NCBI GenBank assembly: GCA_017515705.1 | Contig: JAFWFI010000031.1 | Location: 1 to 42,349 of the forward strand | DNA length: 42,349 nucleotides | Direction: 5' to 3' | Source: Bacillota bacterium | GTDB lineage: Bacteria; Bacillota; Clostridia; Peptostreptococcales; Anaerovoracaceae | Part shown: positions 27,881 through 36,522 of the stretch, in pieces | Numbering within the stretch: the first letter of the stretch is position 1 | How the letters are laid out: every line of letters starts with the position of its first letter | Notes under the pieces: model-generated | Databases searched by the model: none | Told to the model about the DNA's origin: nothing | What the model saw: the letters and a program-made list of their open reading frames with translations, nothing else | Made by a program: the position numbers and the translations under genes

Positions 27881-28897
27881 TCAGATATATCGTTCCAGGA
27901 AATAATTCAGGAAGTCCTCCCATTGTTCGGCGGTTTCAAACTTCCGGACGATGCCCGTGATCTGGGCCGACAGATCCTCCGGAAGACGGTTCATGTCTTC
28001 CGGCCGCCGGATGAAGCCCATCCGCCGGGCCGCCTGATACCGGCGCTTTTCAAAGGGATCCATCTCCTCGAAATCCCGGATCTTCCGTATCATTTCCTCT
28101 TTTTGCGTTTTCAGGCTCCCCCGGACATCCTCCAGGAGATTCACGATGTGGTCGCTGACCAGCATTCCGCTGCAGCCTTCCACCTGTTCCAGCATCCGCC
28201 GAATCTCCGCGACTTTTTCTTCATCGGTGCAGGGGACAAAATCCCCCGCTTCGACCTTTTCCCCCATGGGCGTTCCGGGTTTGGCTACGAAAGTCCGCAG
28301 CCGGACAAAGTCCGGGTCCACCTCATTGATGACACCGGCGGTTTCCCTGCTGTTCTCTTCGCTGAGATCCCTGCCGCCCACTCCGGGCATAAAATACATG
28401 GACAGTTCCATGCCGGCTTCCTTCACCTTGAGCCCGCCCCGGACCTGCTGGTCCCGGGTGGTGCCTTTGCGGATCATCTTCAGGATCGTATCCGATCCGG
28501 TCTCATAGCCGGAATGCACCCGATCCAGGCCCGACTCCTTCAGCAGCTTCATGTTCTCCGGCGTGATCCTCGACAGGGTATCCGCACGGGCATAGGTAGT
28601 GACCCGCTCCACCTCCGGGAACCGTTCCCGGAAATAGACCAGAATCTCCGCCAGCTGCTCCGGCTTCATGATAATGGAATTGGCATCCTGCAGGAAGGCG
28701 CTGTTCGAAGTCAGGCCATGCGCTTTCATCACATCGATGTCCCTCTTGACTTCCTCTACGCTTCGGATGCTGAATTTCTCGCCCTTGTACACCCCGCAGA
28801 ATTCGCATTTGTTCCAGGGACAGTTCCTGGTGACCCGGAGCAAAATGCTGTTCGCCTCGCTGGGCGGGCGGATCGGTCCCATTTCAAAGCCGTACAT
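27881..28897 (-). CDS. radical SAM domain protein of unknown function (Cx4Cx2C cluster motif)
   Basis: N-terminal GPIRPPSEANSILLRVTRNCPWNKCEFCGVY, followed by a TIM-barrel-like region with a GG-type SAM-binding stretch. Confidence 0.75.
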   Translation of the reverse strand: MYGFEMGPIRPPSEANSILLRVTRNCPWNKCEFCGVYKGEKFSIRSVEEVKRDIDVMKAHGLTSNSAFLQDANSIIMKPEQLAEILVYFRERFPEVERVTTYARADTLSRITPENMKLLKESGLDRVHSGYETGSDTILKMIRKGTTRDQQVRGGLKVKEAGMELSMYFMPGVGGRDLSEENSRETAGVINEVDPDFVRLRTFVAKPGTPMGEKVEAGDFVPCTDEEKVAEIRRMLEQVEGCSGMLVSDHIVNLLEDVRGSLKTQKEEMIRKIRDFEEMDPFEKRRYQAARRMGFIRRPEDMNRLPEDLSAQITGIVRKFETAEQWEDFLNYFLERYI

Positions 28898-28938
28898 CGG
28901 TATCTCCTGTTTCCCAATAAAAATAGTCGCTTATAGTT

Positions 28939-28967
28939 ATTATACAGCGGGGTTTCGGTCTTTTCAA
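28939..28967 (-). promoter_or_regulatory. candidate sigma-A promoter of the radical SAM gene
   Basis: Minus strand TTGAAA (28962-28967), 17 nt spacer, TATAAT (28939-28944). Confidence 0.55.
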
Positions 28968-29000
28968 GGGGGAGCTGGAAGCTGGGAGCTTGAAGCTTGA
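28968..29000. repeat. heptad-repeat tract, locus D, variant unit (GGAGCTG GAAGCTG GGAGCTT GAAGCTT)
   Basis: Direct reading. It abuts the -35 of the radical SAM promoter. Confidence 0.8.
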
Positions 29001-29004
29001 CATT

Positions 29005-29036
29005 GAAAAAAGACCCCTGCGATTCTTCGCAGGGGT
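29005..29036 (-). terminator. intrinsic terminator after rplT
   Basis: Minus strand CCCCTGCG-aagaat-CGCAGGGG followed by TCTTTTTT. Confidence 0.8.
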
Positions 29037-29056
29037 TGATTCTTGAATGAATCTGA

Positions 29057-29410
29057 TTAAGCGTTCGCCTTTGCGATTTCAGCTAATGCCTTGAAGCCTT
29101 CTGCATCGTAAACCGCCATGTCGGCCAGCATCTTTCTGTTGATTTCGATGCCGCCCTTCTTCAGGCCGTTCATCATCTTGCTGTAGGAGATGCCGTTCAT
29201 TCTGGCAGCCGCATTGATTCTGGTGATCCACAGCTGTCTGTACTGTCTCTTCTTCAGCTTTCTGCCGATGTATGCGCTTCTTAAGGATCTCATTACAGCC
29301 GGGTTCGCCGCTCTGAAAGCTCTGCTCTTCTGGCCATAGAAGCCCTTTGCTAATTTTAATACTTTCTTATGCTTTTTCTTTGCGTTTACCGCACCTTTTA
29401 CTCTTGCCAT
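29057..29410 (-). CDS. rplT: 50S ribosomal protein L20
   Basis: [26 protein letters not shown], 117 aa. Confidence 0.97.
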   Translation of the reverse strand: MARVKGAVNAKKKHKKVLKLAKGFYGQKSRAFRAANPAVMRSLRSAYIGRKLKKRQYRQLWITRINAAARMNGISYSKMMNGLKKGGIEINRKMLADMAVYDAEGFKALAEIAKANA

Positions 29411-29428
29411 TGTTCAAACCTCCTGATA

Positions 29429-29623
29429 CTAACCTAAAATCATTTCCTTGATCTTCTTTTCCACGGTCGGGGAAACGTAACCGGCCTTTCTCAGACCTCT
29501 TTTTCTCTTCGCATCTTTCTTGGTCAGGATATGGCTCTTATATGGCTTATTGGTCTTAACCTTACCGCTCTTGGTTACTCTGAATCTCTTCGCAGCGCCT
29601 CTGTGGGACTTCATTTTTGGCAT
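29429..29623 (-). CDS. rpmI: 50S ribosomal protein L35
   Basis: [21 protein letters not shown], 64 aa. Confidence 0.97.
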   Translation of the reverse strand: MPKMKSHRGAAKRFRVTKSGKVKTNKPYKSHILTKKDAKRKRGLRKAGYVSPTVEKKIKEMILG

Positions 29624-29647
29624 GTCAATGCCCTCCTCTCGATGATA

Positions 29648-30160
29648 CTAGTTATTTTTCGGGGCCAAAATCATTATCATGTGCCTGCCTTCCATGGTCG
29701 GCTTCTTTTCCACTGTGCAGATGTCGCCCAGGACCTCCAGCAGACTGTTCATCACATCGAATCCGATCTGCGTGAAATCCCGCTCTCTGCCACGGAAGCG
29801 GATGCTTACCTTGACCTTGTCGCCGGCAGTCAGGAACTTGGAAGCATTTTTCGCCTTTACGTTTAAATCGTGGCTTTCGATGTAGGGGCTCAGCCGCACT
29901 TCCTTGACTTCCATCGTTTTCTGTTTTTTCTTGGCTTCTTTTTCCCTCTTCTGCATTTCATACCTGTATTTCCCGTAGTCCAGGATCTTGCATACAGGCG
30001 GGTTTGCGTTCGGGGAGATCTTCACCAGGTCCAGCTTCTTTTCGTCGGCGATCTTCTGAGCATCTCTGCTGCTCATGATCCCCAGCATGGTTCCGTCAGA
30101 ATCGATCAGTCTGACTTCCTTATCACGAATCGCTTCGTTGATTTGAACTTCCTTACTAAT
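29648..30160 (-). CDS. infC: translation initiation factor IF-3, ATT start codon
   Basis: ISKEVQINEAIRDKEVRLID N-terminus. AGGAGG lies 9 nt upstream of ATT at 30158-30160. The TTG start in the ORF track would include the RBS and is rejected. Confidence 0.93.
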   Translation of the reverse strand: MSKEVQINEAIRDKEVRLIDSDGTMLGIMSSRDAQKIADEKKLDLVKISPNANPPVCKILDYGKYRYEMQKREKEAKKKQKTMEVKEVRLSPYIESHDLNVKAKNASKFLTAGDKVKVSIRFRGRERDFTQIGFDVMNSLLEVLGDICTVEKKPTMEGRHMIMILAPKNN

Positions 30161-30191
30161 GACTTTGTACCTCCTGATTTGTTTGAGCAAA

Positions 30192-30325
30192 TATAAAGAA
30201 AAAAACGGATAAAAATATCCGCCTCCGTAAAATGCACGTTGAAAAACGCCGTCATTTTCATTATTAACCTTACTGGCCTGCGCCGCAAGGTGAGAAGCGG
30301 ATGACTTCTTCTTTGTTATCTGCAG
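30192..30325 (-). promoter_or_regulatory. infC-rpmI-rplT leader (L20-leader-type attenuator candidate)
   Basis: About 130-nt 5' UTR between a consensus promoter and infC. It ends in the hairpin GGCGGATA-tttt-TATCCGTT plus a T7 run (plus strand 30199-30223), the layout of the Firmicutes L20-responsive leader. Confidence 0.5.
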
Positions 30326-30330
30326 GAAAT

Positions 30331-30359
30331 ATTATATGGCACGGGCAGGCCGTTGTCAA
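30331..30359 (-). promoter_or_regulatory. consensus sigma-A promoter of the infC operon
   Basis: Minus strand TTGACA (30354-30359), 17 nt spacer, TATAAT (30331-30336). This is a perfect consensus. Confidence 0.7.
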
Positions 30360-30360
30360 G

Positions 30361-30517
30361 GAGATTTTAGATTAAAGATTGGAGATTGAAGATTGGAGAA
30401 TATTCTTCGGGCACCGCCCTCAAAATGACAATAACCTTCATCCTGAGTAAAGCGAAGGACCTTCTGCCAATTACTAACTCCCATCTTCTATCTCCTATCT
30501 CCCATCTCCTATCTTCA
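30361..30517. repeat. heptad-repeat element, locus E: inverted arms around a 78-nt core
   Basis: Left arm 30361-30400 (..AGATTAA AGATTGG AGATTGA AGATTGG AGAA). Right arm 30479-30517 (reverse complement GAAGATA GGAGATG GGAGATA GGAGATA GAAGATG GGAG). The core carries TCATCCTGAG-taa-AGCGAAGGA. Confidence 0.85.
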
Positions 30518-30528
30518 GCCTTAAGTCT

Positions 30529-31302
30529 TTAATACTTGATCCGGCTGAGTTCGGTCCTCAGTTCATCGTTGACGACCCGGATGTGGGTGCCTTTCATGCC
30601 CAGGGCCTTGGATTCAATGACGCCGGCCACTTCCAGCTTCTTCAGTCCGCTGCTGACCACGGTGCGCGTGACGCCGGTGTGGTCCACGACCTTGCTTTCC
30701 ACCACCAGGCCCTCGTCGCTGACCATCCGGCTGAAAACATCCTGCATGGCGATGATTTCGTTGGATGTCAGGGTACTGATGGCCAGCTGCACCATGGCGC
30801 GCTTTCTCACCATCAGTTCCGTCTCCCGGTTCCGCCGCCGGTCGATATCGATGCCTACGACAACGGCGCCGTACTCGCCCAGGATCACGTCTTCCGTTTC
30901 GAATTTTTCGTACCGGGCAAAGAGCACGGTCCCCAGCCGCCGGCCGCCGCCGTAAGCGGGAATCACCATCATGTATTTCCCGAAAGCCTTCGTGTCATAG
31001 GGGAACATGGCCTCGGCTTCCTTCCCCGTAATGTTCAGACAGGTCTCCGTCAGTTCCATGAACCGGTCGTTGGTCTCCTGAAGGATATAGGACTCTCCCT
31101 GTTTATTGTACTTCTTCACCGGCTGGTCTTCCTTGTTGGCATAATAAACCCCGATGATCTTTCCCTTGTCGGTTATCACATAAGCGTTGGAAGACATCAG
31201 CTCACTGAGGATCTCCGTCAGCTGGTCAAAGGGGATATTCCCTTCACCGCCCTTCTGCAAGAGCCAGTTGAGCTTTCTCATCTTCTCCAGCATCTGCTCC
31301 AT
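30529..31302 (-). CDS. codY: GTP-sensing pleiotropic transcriptional regulator CodY
   Basis: N-terminal GAF-like domain and C-terminal wHTH (GVTRTVVSSGLKKLEVAGVIESKALGMKGTHI). Located downstream of hslVU. Confidence 0.93.
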   Translation of the reverse strand: MEQMLEKMRKLNWLLQKGGEGNIPFDQLTEILSELMSSNAYVITDKGKIIGVYYANKEDQPVKKYNKQGESYILQETNDRFMELTETCLNITGKEAEAMFPYDTKAFGKYMMVIPAYGGGRRLGTVLFARYEKFETEDVILGEYGAVVVGIDIDRRRNRETELMVRKRAMVQLAISTLTSNEIIAMQDVFSRMVSDEGLVVESKVVDHTGVTRTVVSSGLKKLEVAGVIESKALGMKGTHIRVVNDELRTELSRIKY

Positions 31303-31333
31303 TTTGTTTCACTCCTGTTCCGTCCGCTGCGGA

Positions 31334-32749
31334 CTATAAAATGTATTTTTCCACTTCGTTGATCCCGCTGTAATCATCCAGCCGTTCCTTCACGTAGGCC
31401 TCGTCGATGACCAGTTCATCCCCTTCATGCTCGGTGATGTTGAAGGACACGTCTTCCAGCAGGTTTTCCATGACCGTATGGAGCCGTCTTGCCCCGATGT
31501 TTTCGGTCTGTTCGTTCATCAGAAACGCCGTCTCGGCGATGGCGTCGATGGCTTCGTCGGTAAAGGTTACCTTGACGCCTTCCGTCTCCAGCAGCAGCTT
31601 GTACTGCTTGACGATGGCATTTTCCGTCTGGGTCAGGATCTGCACGAACACATCCTTCGTCAGGTTTTCCAGTTCCACACGGATGGGGAACCGCCCCTGC
31701 AGTTCCGGGATCAGATCCGTGGGCTTGGATACATGGAACGCCCCGGCGCCGATGAAGAGGATGTGGTCCGTCTTCAGGGGACCGTACTTGGTGTTGACCA
31801 CGCTGCCTTCCACGATGGGCAGGATATCCCGCTGGACTCCTTCCCGGGAAACGTCCGCGCCGCTGCGGAATCCGCCGCTGGAAGCGATCTTGTCGATTTC
31901 GTCAATGAATACGATCCCGTTCTGCTCCGCATTCTCCATGGCTTCGGAGGTGACCCGGTCCATATCGATCAGGTTCTGGGCCTCCTGTTCCTTTAAGATT
32001 TTGCGGGCTTCCTTCACGTATACCTTCTTTTTCTTGGTTTTCTTTGGAATGGCATCCCCGAAAATGCTTCCCAGGGAAATGCTCATATCCATGCCGCCCC
32101 CCACGTCCAGCATGTTCATCTGGGCGGAGTTGTCCTCCACTTCGATTTCGATGAGCTGGTCTTCCAGAAGACCGTCCTGCAGCTGCTTGCGCACCTGTTC
32201 CCGGGCGAGCTCGATTTCGGACTCGCTCATCTGAGGCTCCTGGTTCTGGGCGTTTTTCTGCGCCTGGGCGTTCTGCTGCATGGCGCCGAACAGGTCAAAG
32301 GGATTCCGCAGGCCACCCCCCGCCGGCTTCTTCTTCGGCGGGATAAAGGCGTCCAGGATCTTTTCCTCCGCCAGTACTTCCGCCACGGCGTATTTTTCCT
32401 GGAGCATCCTGTTTTTTGTGATCCGCACGGAGGCTTCCGCCAGGTCCCGGATCATGGAATCCACGTCCCGGCCCACATAGCCCACTTCCGTGAACTTGGT
32501 GGCCTCGACCTTGACGAAAGGCGCATCCACCAGTTTCGCCAGCCGGCGGGCGATTTCCGTCTTCCCCACGCCGGTGGGGCCCATCATCAGGATATTTTTC
32601 GGAGTGATTTCCTCCCGGATGTCCTCCGGCAGCTGGCTCCTGCGGTAACGGTTCCGCAGGGCAATGGCTACGGATTTCTTGGCCTTGTCCTGACCGATGA
32701 TATATTTATCCAGTTCCCGGACGATTTCTTTCGGTGTCATCTGATTCAT
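31334..32749 (-). CDS. hslU: ATP-dependent protease ATPase subunit HslU
   Basis: [17 protein letters not shown], Walker [16 protein letters not shown], 471 aa. Confidence 0.96.
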   Translation of the reverse strand: MNQMTPKEIVRELDKYIIGQDKAKKSVAIALRNRYRRSQLPEDIREEITPKNILMMGPTGVGKTEIARRLAKLVDAPFVKVEATKFTEVGYVGRDVDSMIRDLAEASVRITKNRMLQEKYAVAEVLAEEKILDAFIPPKKKPAGGGLRNPFDLFGAMQQNAQAQKNAQNQEPQMSESEIELAREQVRKQLQDGLLEDQLIEIEVEDNSAQMNMLDVGGGMDMSISLGSIFGDAIPKKTKKKKVYVKEARKILKEQEAQNLIDMDRVTSEAMENAEQNGIVFIDEIDKIASSGGFRSGADVSREGVQRDILPIVEGSVVNTKYGPLKTDHILFIGAGAFHVSKPTDLIPELQGRFPIRVELENLTKDVFVQILTQTENAIVKQYKLLLETEGVKVTFTDEAIDAIAETAFLMNEQTENIGARRLHTVMENLLEDVSFNITEHEGDELVIDEAYVKERLDDYSGINEVEKYIL

Positions 32750-32760
32750 CTTCCCACCTC

Positions 32761-33297
32761 CTACAGTTTCTCAACGGAAATGTTGTCGTTGGTAAACACA
32801 CAAATGGAAGCAGCGATCTGAAGCGCTTTGCGCACGATGTCCTCCGCCGGCAGATCCGTATTTTCCACCAGGGCCTTGGCTGCCGCATAGGCGTAATTTC
32901 CGCCGGATCCGATGGCGATGCAGTCGGAGTCCGGTTCGATGACTTCGCCGTTGCCGGAGATCAGGAGGATCCCCTCCTTGTCCACTGCCAGCAGCAATGC
33001 TTCCAGGTGCCGCATCCCCTGGTCGCTGCGCCACATCTGCGCCAGGGCCACTGCGGCTCTCCGCAGGTTGCCGCCGTGCTCCTGCAGCTTATTCTCAAAT
33101 TTTTCGATCAGGGTGATTGCATCGGATACGGATCCGGCAAACCCCGTCAGCACGGAATTGTTGTAAATCTTCCGTACTTTTTTCGTCTTGTGCTTCATGA
33201 TGGTGGTCTCGCCAAAGGTCACCTGGCCGTCGCCGCCGATGCACACGTCGTCTTCACTGCGCCGCACGGCGCAGATGGTTGTCCCTCTGAATTCCAT
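32761..33297 (-). CDS. hslV: ATP-dependent protease subunit HslV
   Basis: GTTICAV N-terminal nucleophile region and GDGQVTFG motif, 178 aa. Confidence 0.95.
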   Translation of the reverse strand: MEFRGTTICAVRRSEDDVCIGGDGQVTFGETTIMKHKTKKVRKIYNNSVLTGFAGSVSDAITLIEKFENKLQEHGGNLRRAAVALAQMWRSDQGMRHLEALLLAVDKEGILLISGNGEVIEPDSDCIAIGSGGNYAYAAAKALVENTDLPAEDIVRKALQIAASICVFTNDNISVEKL

Positions 33298-33321
33298 TTC
33301 AACCCTCCATTATTCCTTGAT

Positions 33322-35421
33322 CTATTCCTTTTCTCTGTATCCACACTCCCGGTTGGAGCAGGCATACTTCGCCGATTTCCAGTTCTTCTCCACCATGATG
33401 GATCCGCATTTCGGGCATTTTCTGTCCACCGGCTTATCCCAGGAAACGAACTTGCATTCCGGATAGCCGCTGCAGCCGTAGAATGTCCGGCCTTTTCTGC
33501 TCTTCCGCTCCACGATGTCCTTCCCGCATTCCGGACAGGCCACCCCGATCTTCTTGACGATCGGCTTGGTATTCTTGCATTCCGGATAGCCGCTGCAGGC
33601 GATGAAATCCCCGAACCGGCCGTGTTTGAGGACCATGGGCTTTCCGCAGACCTCGCAGAGTTCCCCGGTGGGTTCGTCCTTCACCTCGATTTTTTCGATG
33701 CTCCGGTCGGCTTCCTGCAGTTCTTCCTGGAAGGGCCCGTAGAAATCGTCGATGATCTTCCGCCAGTCGTTTCCGTCGGTTTCGATGGAATCCAGCTTAT
33801 CCTCCATCTGAGCGGTGAAGCCCGCATCCACGATGTTCCGGAAATAGGTTTCCATCAGTTCCGTCACCGTAAAGCCCAGTTCCGTGGGAATCAGGCTCTT
33901 CTTTTCCCGGCGGACGTATTTTCGGTCCAGCAGGGTGGACACGATGGGGGCATAGGTACTGGGCCGCCCGATGTCCTGTTCCTCCAGCTGCTTGATCAGG
34001 GAGGCTTCGGTGAACCTGGCCGGCGGCTGGGTGAACCGCTGTTCCGTCTTCACGCTCTTTTCCTTCAGGTCCTGTCCCTGTTCCAGGGAGGGCAGGCGTA
34101 CTTCCCCGTCTTCCTTCATTTCATAGACCTTCCGGAACCCGTCGAAGAGTACCCGGCTGCCGCTGGCGCGGAAGGTATAGCGTCCGTTCTGGATCGCCAC
34201 GTTCTGAACATCGTACAGGGCCGCTTCCATCTGGGATGCCACGAACCGGCACCAGATCAGCCGGTAGAGGTTGAACTGGTCCCTGGTCAGGGAATCCTTG
34301 ATGCTTTCCGGCGTCCGGGCCACGGAGGTGGGCCGGATGGCTTCGTGGGCGTCCTGCACGTCCTTTTTACGGTTTTTATAGTAATTGCTGGCGTAGTATT
34401 CCGGGCCGTATTCCCCGATGATGAAATCCCTGGCCATGGCCCGGGCTTCCTCCGACACCCGGACGGAGTCCGTACGGATATAGGAGACCAACCCCACCGT
34501 GCCCTCGCCTTTGATGTCGATGCCTTCGTACAGCTGCTGGGCCGTGAACATGGTCCGGCGGGTCAGGAACCCCAGTTTGGAAGAGGCTTCCTGCTGCAGG
34601 GTACTGGTGGTGAAAGGCGGCAGCGGCTTGCGCGCCGTCTTTTTATTGTCAATGGCGGAAACTCTGTAACCGCCTTTTTTCAGCTCTTCTAAAATCCCGT
34701 TGGCTTCTTCTTCGCTGCGGACCGTGATCTTCTTCCCGTCCATTTCCGCCAGCTTCGCTTCAAAGCTGCGGACCTTGCTGTCGCCATGGAAGACGGCGAT
34801 AATGGGCCAGTATTCCTCCGGCACGAATGCCTGGATGACCCGTTCCTTGTCGCAGATGATCTTCAGTGCCGCGGACTGGACCCGTCCGGCGGATAAACCC
34901 CAACGGATCTTCCGCCACAGCAGCGGGCTGATCTGGTAGCCCACCAGCCGGTCCAGAACCCGGCGGGCCTGCTGTGCATCCACCAGATTCATGTTGATGG
35001 TCCGGGGATTTTTCGCCGCGTTCTTGATGGCGTCCTTCGTGATCTCATGGAACTCGATCCGGCAGACGTCGGATTCGTCGATGCCCAGGATGTGGGCCAG
35101 GTGCCAGGAGATCGCTTCCCCTTCCCGGTCCGGGTCGGTGGCCAGCATGACTCTGCGGGCGGTCTTCGCTTCTTTCTTCAGGTCCTTGATCAGCGGCCCC
35201 TTGCCTTTGATCGTAATGTATTTTGGTTCATACCCGTGATCCACATCGATTCCCAGCGTGCTCTTGGGCAGATCCCGGACGTGTCCCACGGAAGCCACGA
35301 CTTTGTAACGGCTTCCCAGGAACTTGCCGATGGATTTGGCCTTGGCCGGGGATTCAACGATCACCAGTGTTTTTTCGTTGGTTTTTGCCTTTGTTTTCGA
35401 ATCAGCGCTTGCCATTCTCAT
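33322..35421 (-). CDS. topA: DNA topoisomerase I
   Basis: Toprim LVIVESPAKAKSI, active-site SYIRTDS, three C-terminal C4 zinc ribbons. Confidence 0.96.
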   Translation of the reverse strand: MRMASADSKTKAKTNEKTLVIVESPAKAKSIGKFLGSRYKVVASVGHVRDLPKSTLGIDVDHGYEPKYITIKGKGPLIKDLKKEAKTARRVMLATDPDREGEAISWHLAHILGIDESDVCRIEFHEITKDAIKNAAKNPRTINMNLVDAQQARRVLDRLVGYQISPLLWRKIRWGLSAGRVQSAALKIICDKERVIQAFVPEEYWPIIAVFHGDSKVRSFEAKLAEMDGKKITVRSEEEANGILEELKKGGYRVSAIDNKKTARKPLPPFTTSTLQQEASSKLGFLTRRTMFTAQQLYEGIDIKGEGTVGLVSYIRTDSVRVSEEARAMARDFIIGEYGPEYYASNYYKNRKKDVQDAHEAIRPTSVARTPESIKDSLTRDQFNLYRLIWCRFVASQMEAALYDVQNVAIQNGRYTFRASGSRVLFDGFRKVYEMKEDGEVRLPSLEQGQDLKEKSVKTEQRFTQPPARFTEASLIKQLEEQDIGRPSTYAPIVSTLLDRKYVRREKKSLIPTELGFTVTELMETYFRNIVDAGFTAQMEDKLDSIETDGNDWRKIIDDFYGPFQEELQEADRSIEKIEVKDEPTGELCEVCGKPMVLKHGRFGDFIACSGYPECKNTKPIVKKIGVACPECGKDIVERKSRKGRTFYGCSGYPECKFVSWDKPVDRKCPKCGSIMVEKNWKSAKYACSNRECGYREKE

Positions 35422-35484
35422 ACTCCGTTTATCATAATTTAAGGGTTTTGTATCCCCTAAACGATTAGTATATCTTCTCCCGCT

Positions 35485-36522
35485 CTATTTTGCAATCATT
35501 ATTTTTCCACCGCTCCGGAGAACCAGTCCCTTGATCTCCATGACGCTGAGAAGCCCCGCCAGTTCGCCGGGCGGTTTACCGGTGAGAGCGCAGAGTTCGT
35601 CCGCCCCCGCTGCCCCGGTCTGACGGAGCGTCCGGTAAATGATTTCCTCGTCTTTGCCCAGCGGCGGCAGACTGTCCTTCTCCGGATCCTGTGCCGTTTC
35701 CAGTCCCAGTTCTTCCAGAATGCTTTCCACCGAAATCAGCGGCACGGCCCCTTCCCGGATCAGCCGGTTGGTGCCCCGGCTCATGATGCTGGTGATGTTC
35801 CCCGGCAGGGCGTAAACGTCCCGTCCCTGTTCCAGGGCCATGTTTGCCGTGATGGAGGTGCCGCTGCATTCGTCCGCTTCCACCACGATCACCCCGTCGC
35901 TGATCCCGCTGATGATCCGGTTGCGGCGGGGGTAGTTCTCCGGTCTTCCCGGCGTACCGGGAAGCTGTTCCGACAAGATGCATCCGCCCCTCGTAAGGAT
36001 TTCCTCCATCAGGCCCCGGTTGGAGGAAGGGGTGCAGACATCCGCTCCGCTTCCCAGAACCGCCGCCGTGTATCCGCCTCCCGCCAGACAGCCCCGGTGG
36101 CCTTGGGAATCTGCGCCCAGAGCCATCCCGCTGATGACGCCGATTCCGTTCTCCCCCAGGATCTTTCCGAATTCAAACGCCATCTTCCGGCCGTAGGCGG
36201 TGGCTTTCCGGGAGCCCACGATGGCGCAGCACCGCTTCGCCGGGTCCGGCAGTTCCCCGCGGACAAAGAGCAGCCAGGGCGGGTCGTGGATCTCCTTCAG
36301 GCCAGGCGGATAATCCGGATCCGTCAATCGGCAGATGCGGATTCCCTCCCGTTCAGCGCGCTTCAGGCACCGCCGGTAAAGGTCCAGGTCCCGCTCCCAT
36401 TTGACCGTCAGCGGACTATTGTACAGTGCTTCCAGATCTTCCGGGTCCGCCTGCGCCAGCAGCTTCCGGATGTTCCGTCCTGCGTGGTCCGAGAACCACA
36501 GGTCGTATTCATTGATAGTCAT
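35485..36522 (-). CDS. dprA: DNA-processing protein DprA
   Basis: Rossmann-like core GMALGADSQGHRGCL. ATG at 36522 (MTINEY) overlaps the comM stop by 14 nt; the longer ORF-track start is rejected. Confidence 0.88.
   Translation of the reverse strand: MTINEYDLWFSDHAGRNIRKLLAQADPEDLEALYNSPLTVKWERDLDLYRRCLKRAEREGIRICRLTDPDYPPGLKEIHDPPWLLFVRGELPDPAKRCCAIVGSRKATAYGRKMAFEFGKILGENGIGVISGMALGADSQGHRGCLAGGGYTAAVLGSGADVCTPSSNRGLMEEILTRGGCILSEQLPGTPGRPENYPRRNRIISGISDGVIVVEADECSGTSITANMALEQGRDVYALPGNITSIMSRGTNRLIREGAVPLISVESILEELGLETAQDPEKDSLPPLGKDEEIIYRTLRQTGAAGADELCALTGKPPGELAGLLSVMEIKGLVLRSGGKIMIAK

Noticed and set aside
30106-30288. 60-aa ORF overlapping the infC start and leader.
   Set aside because: It lies within the infC 5' region in another frame and has no RBS. 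The region is better explained as the regulatory leader.
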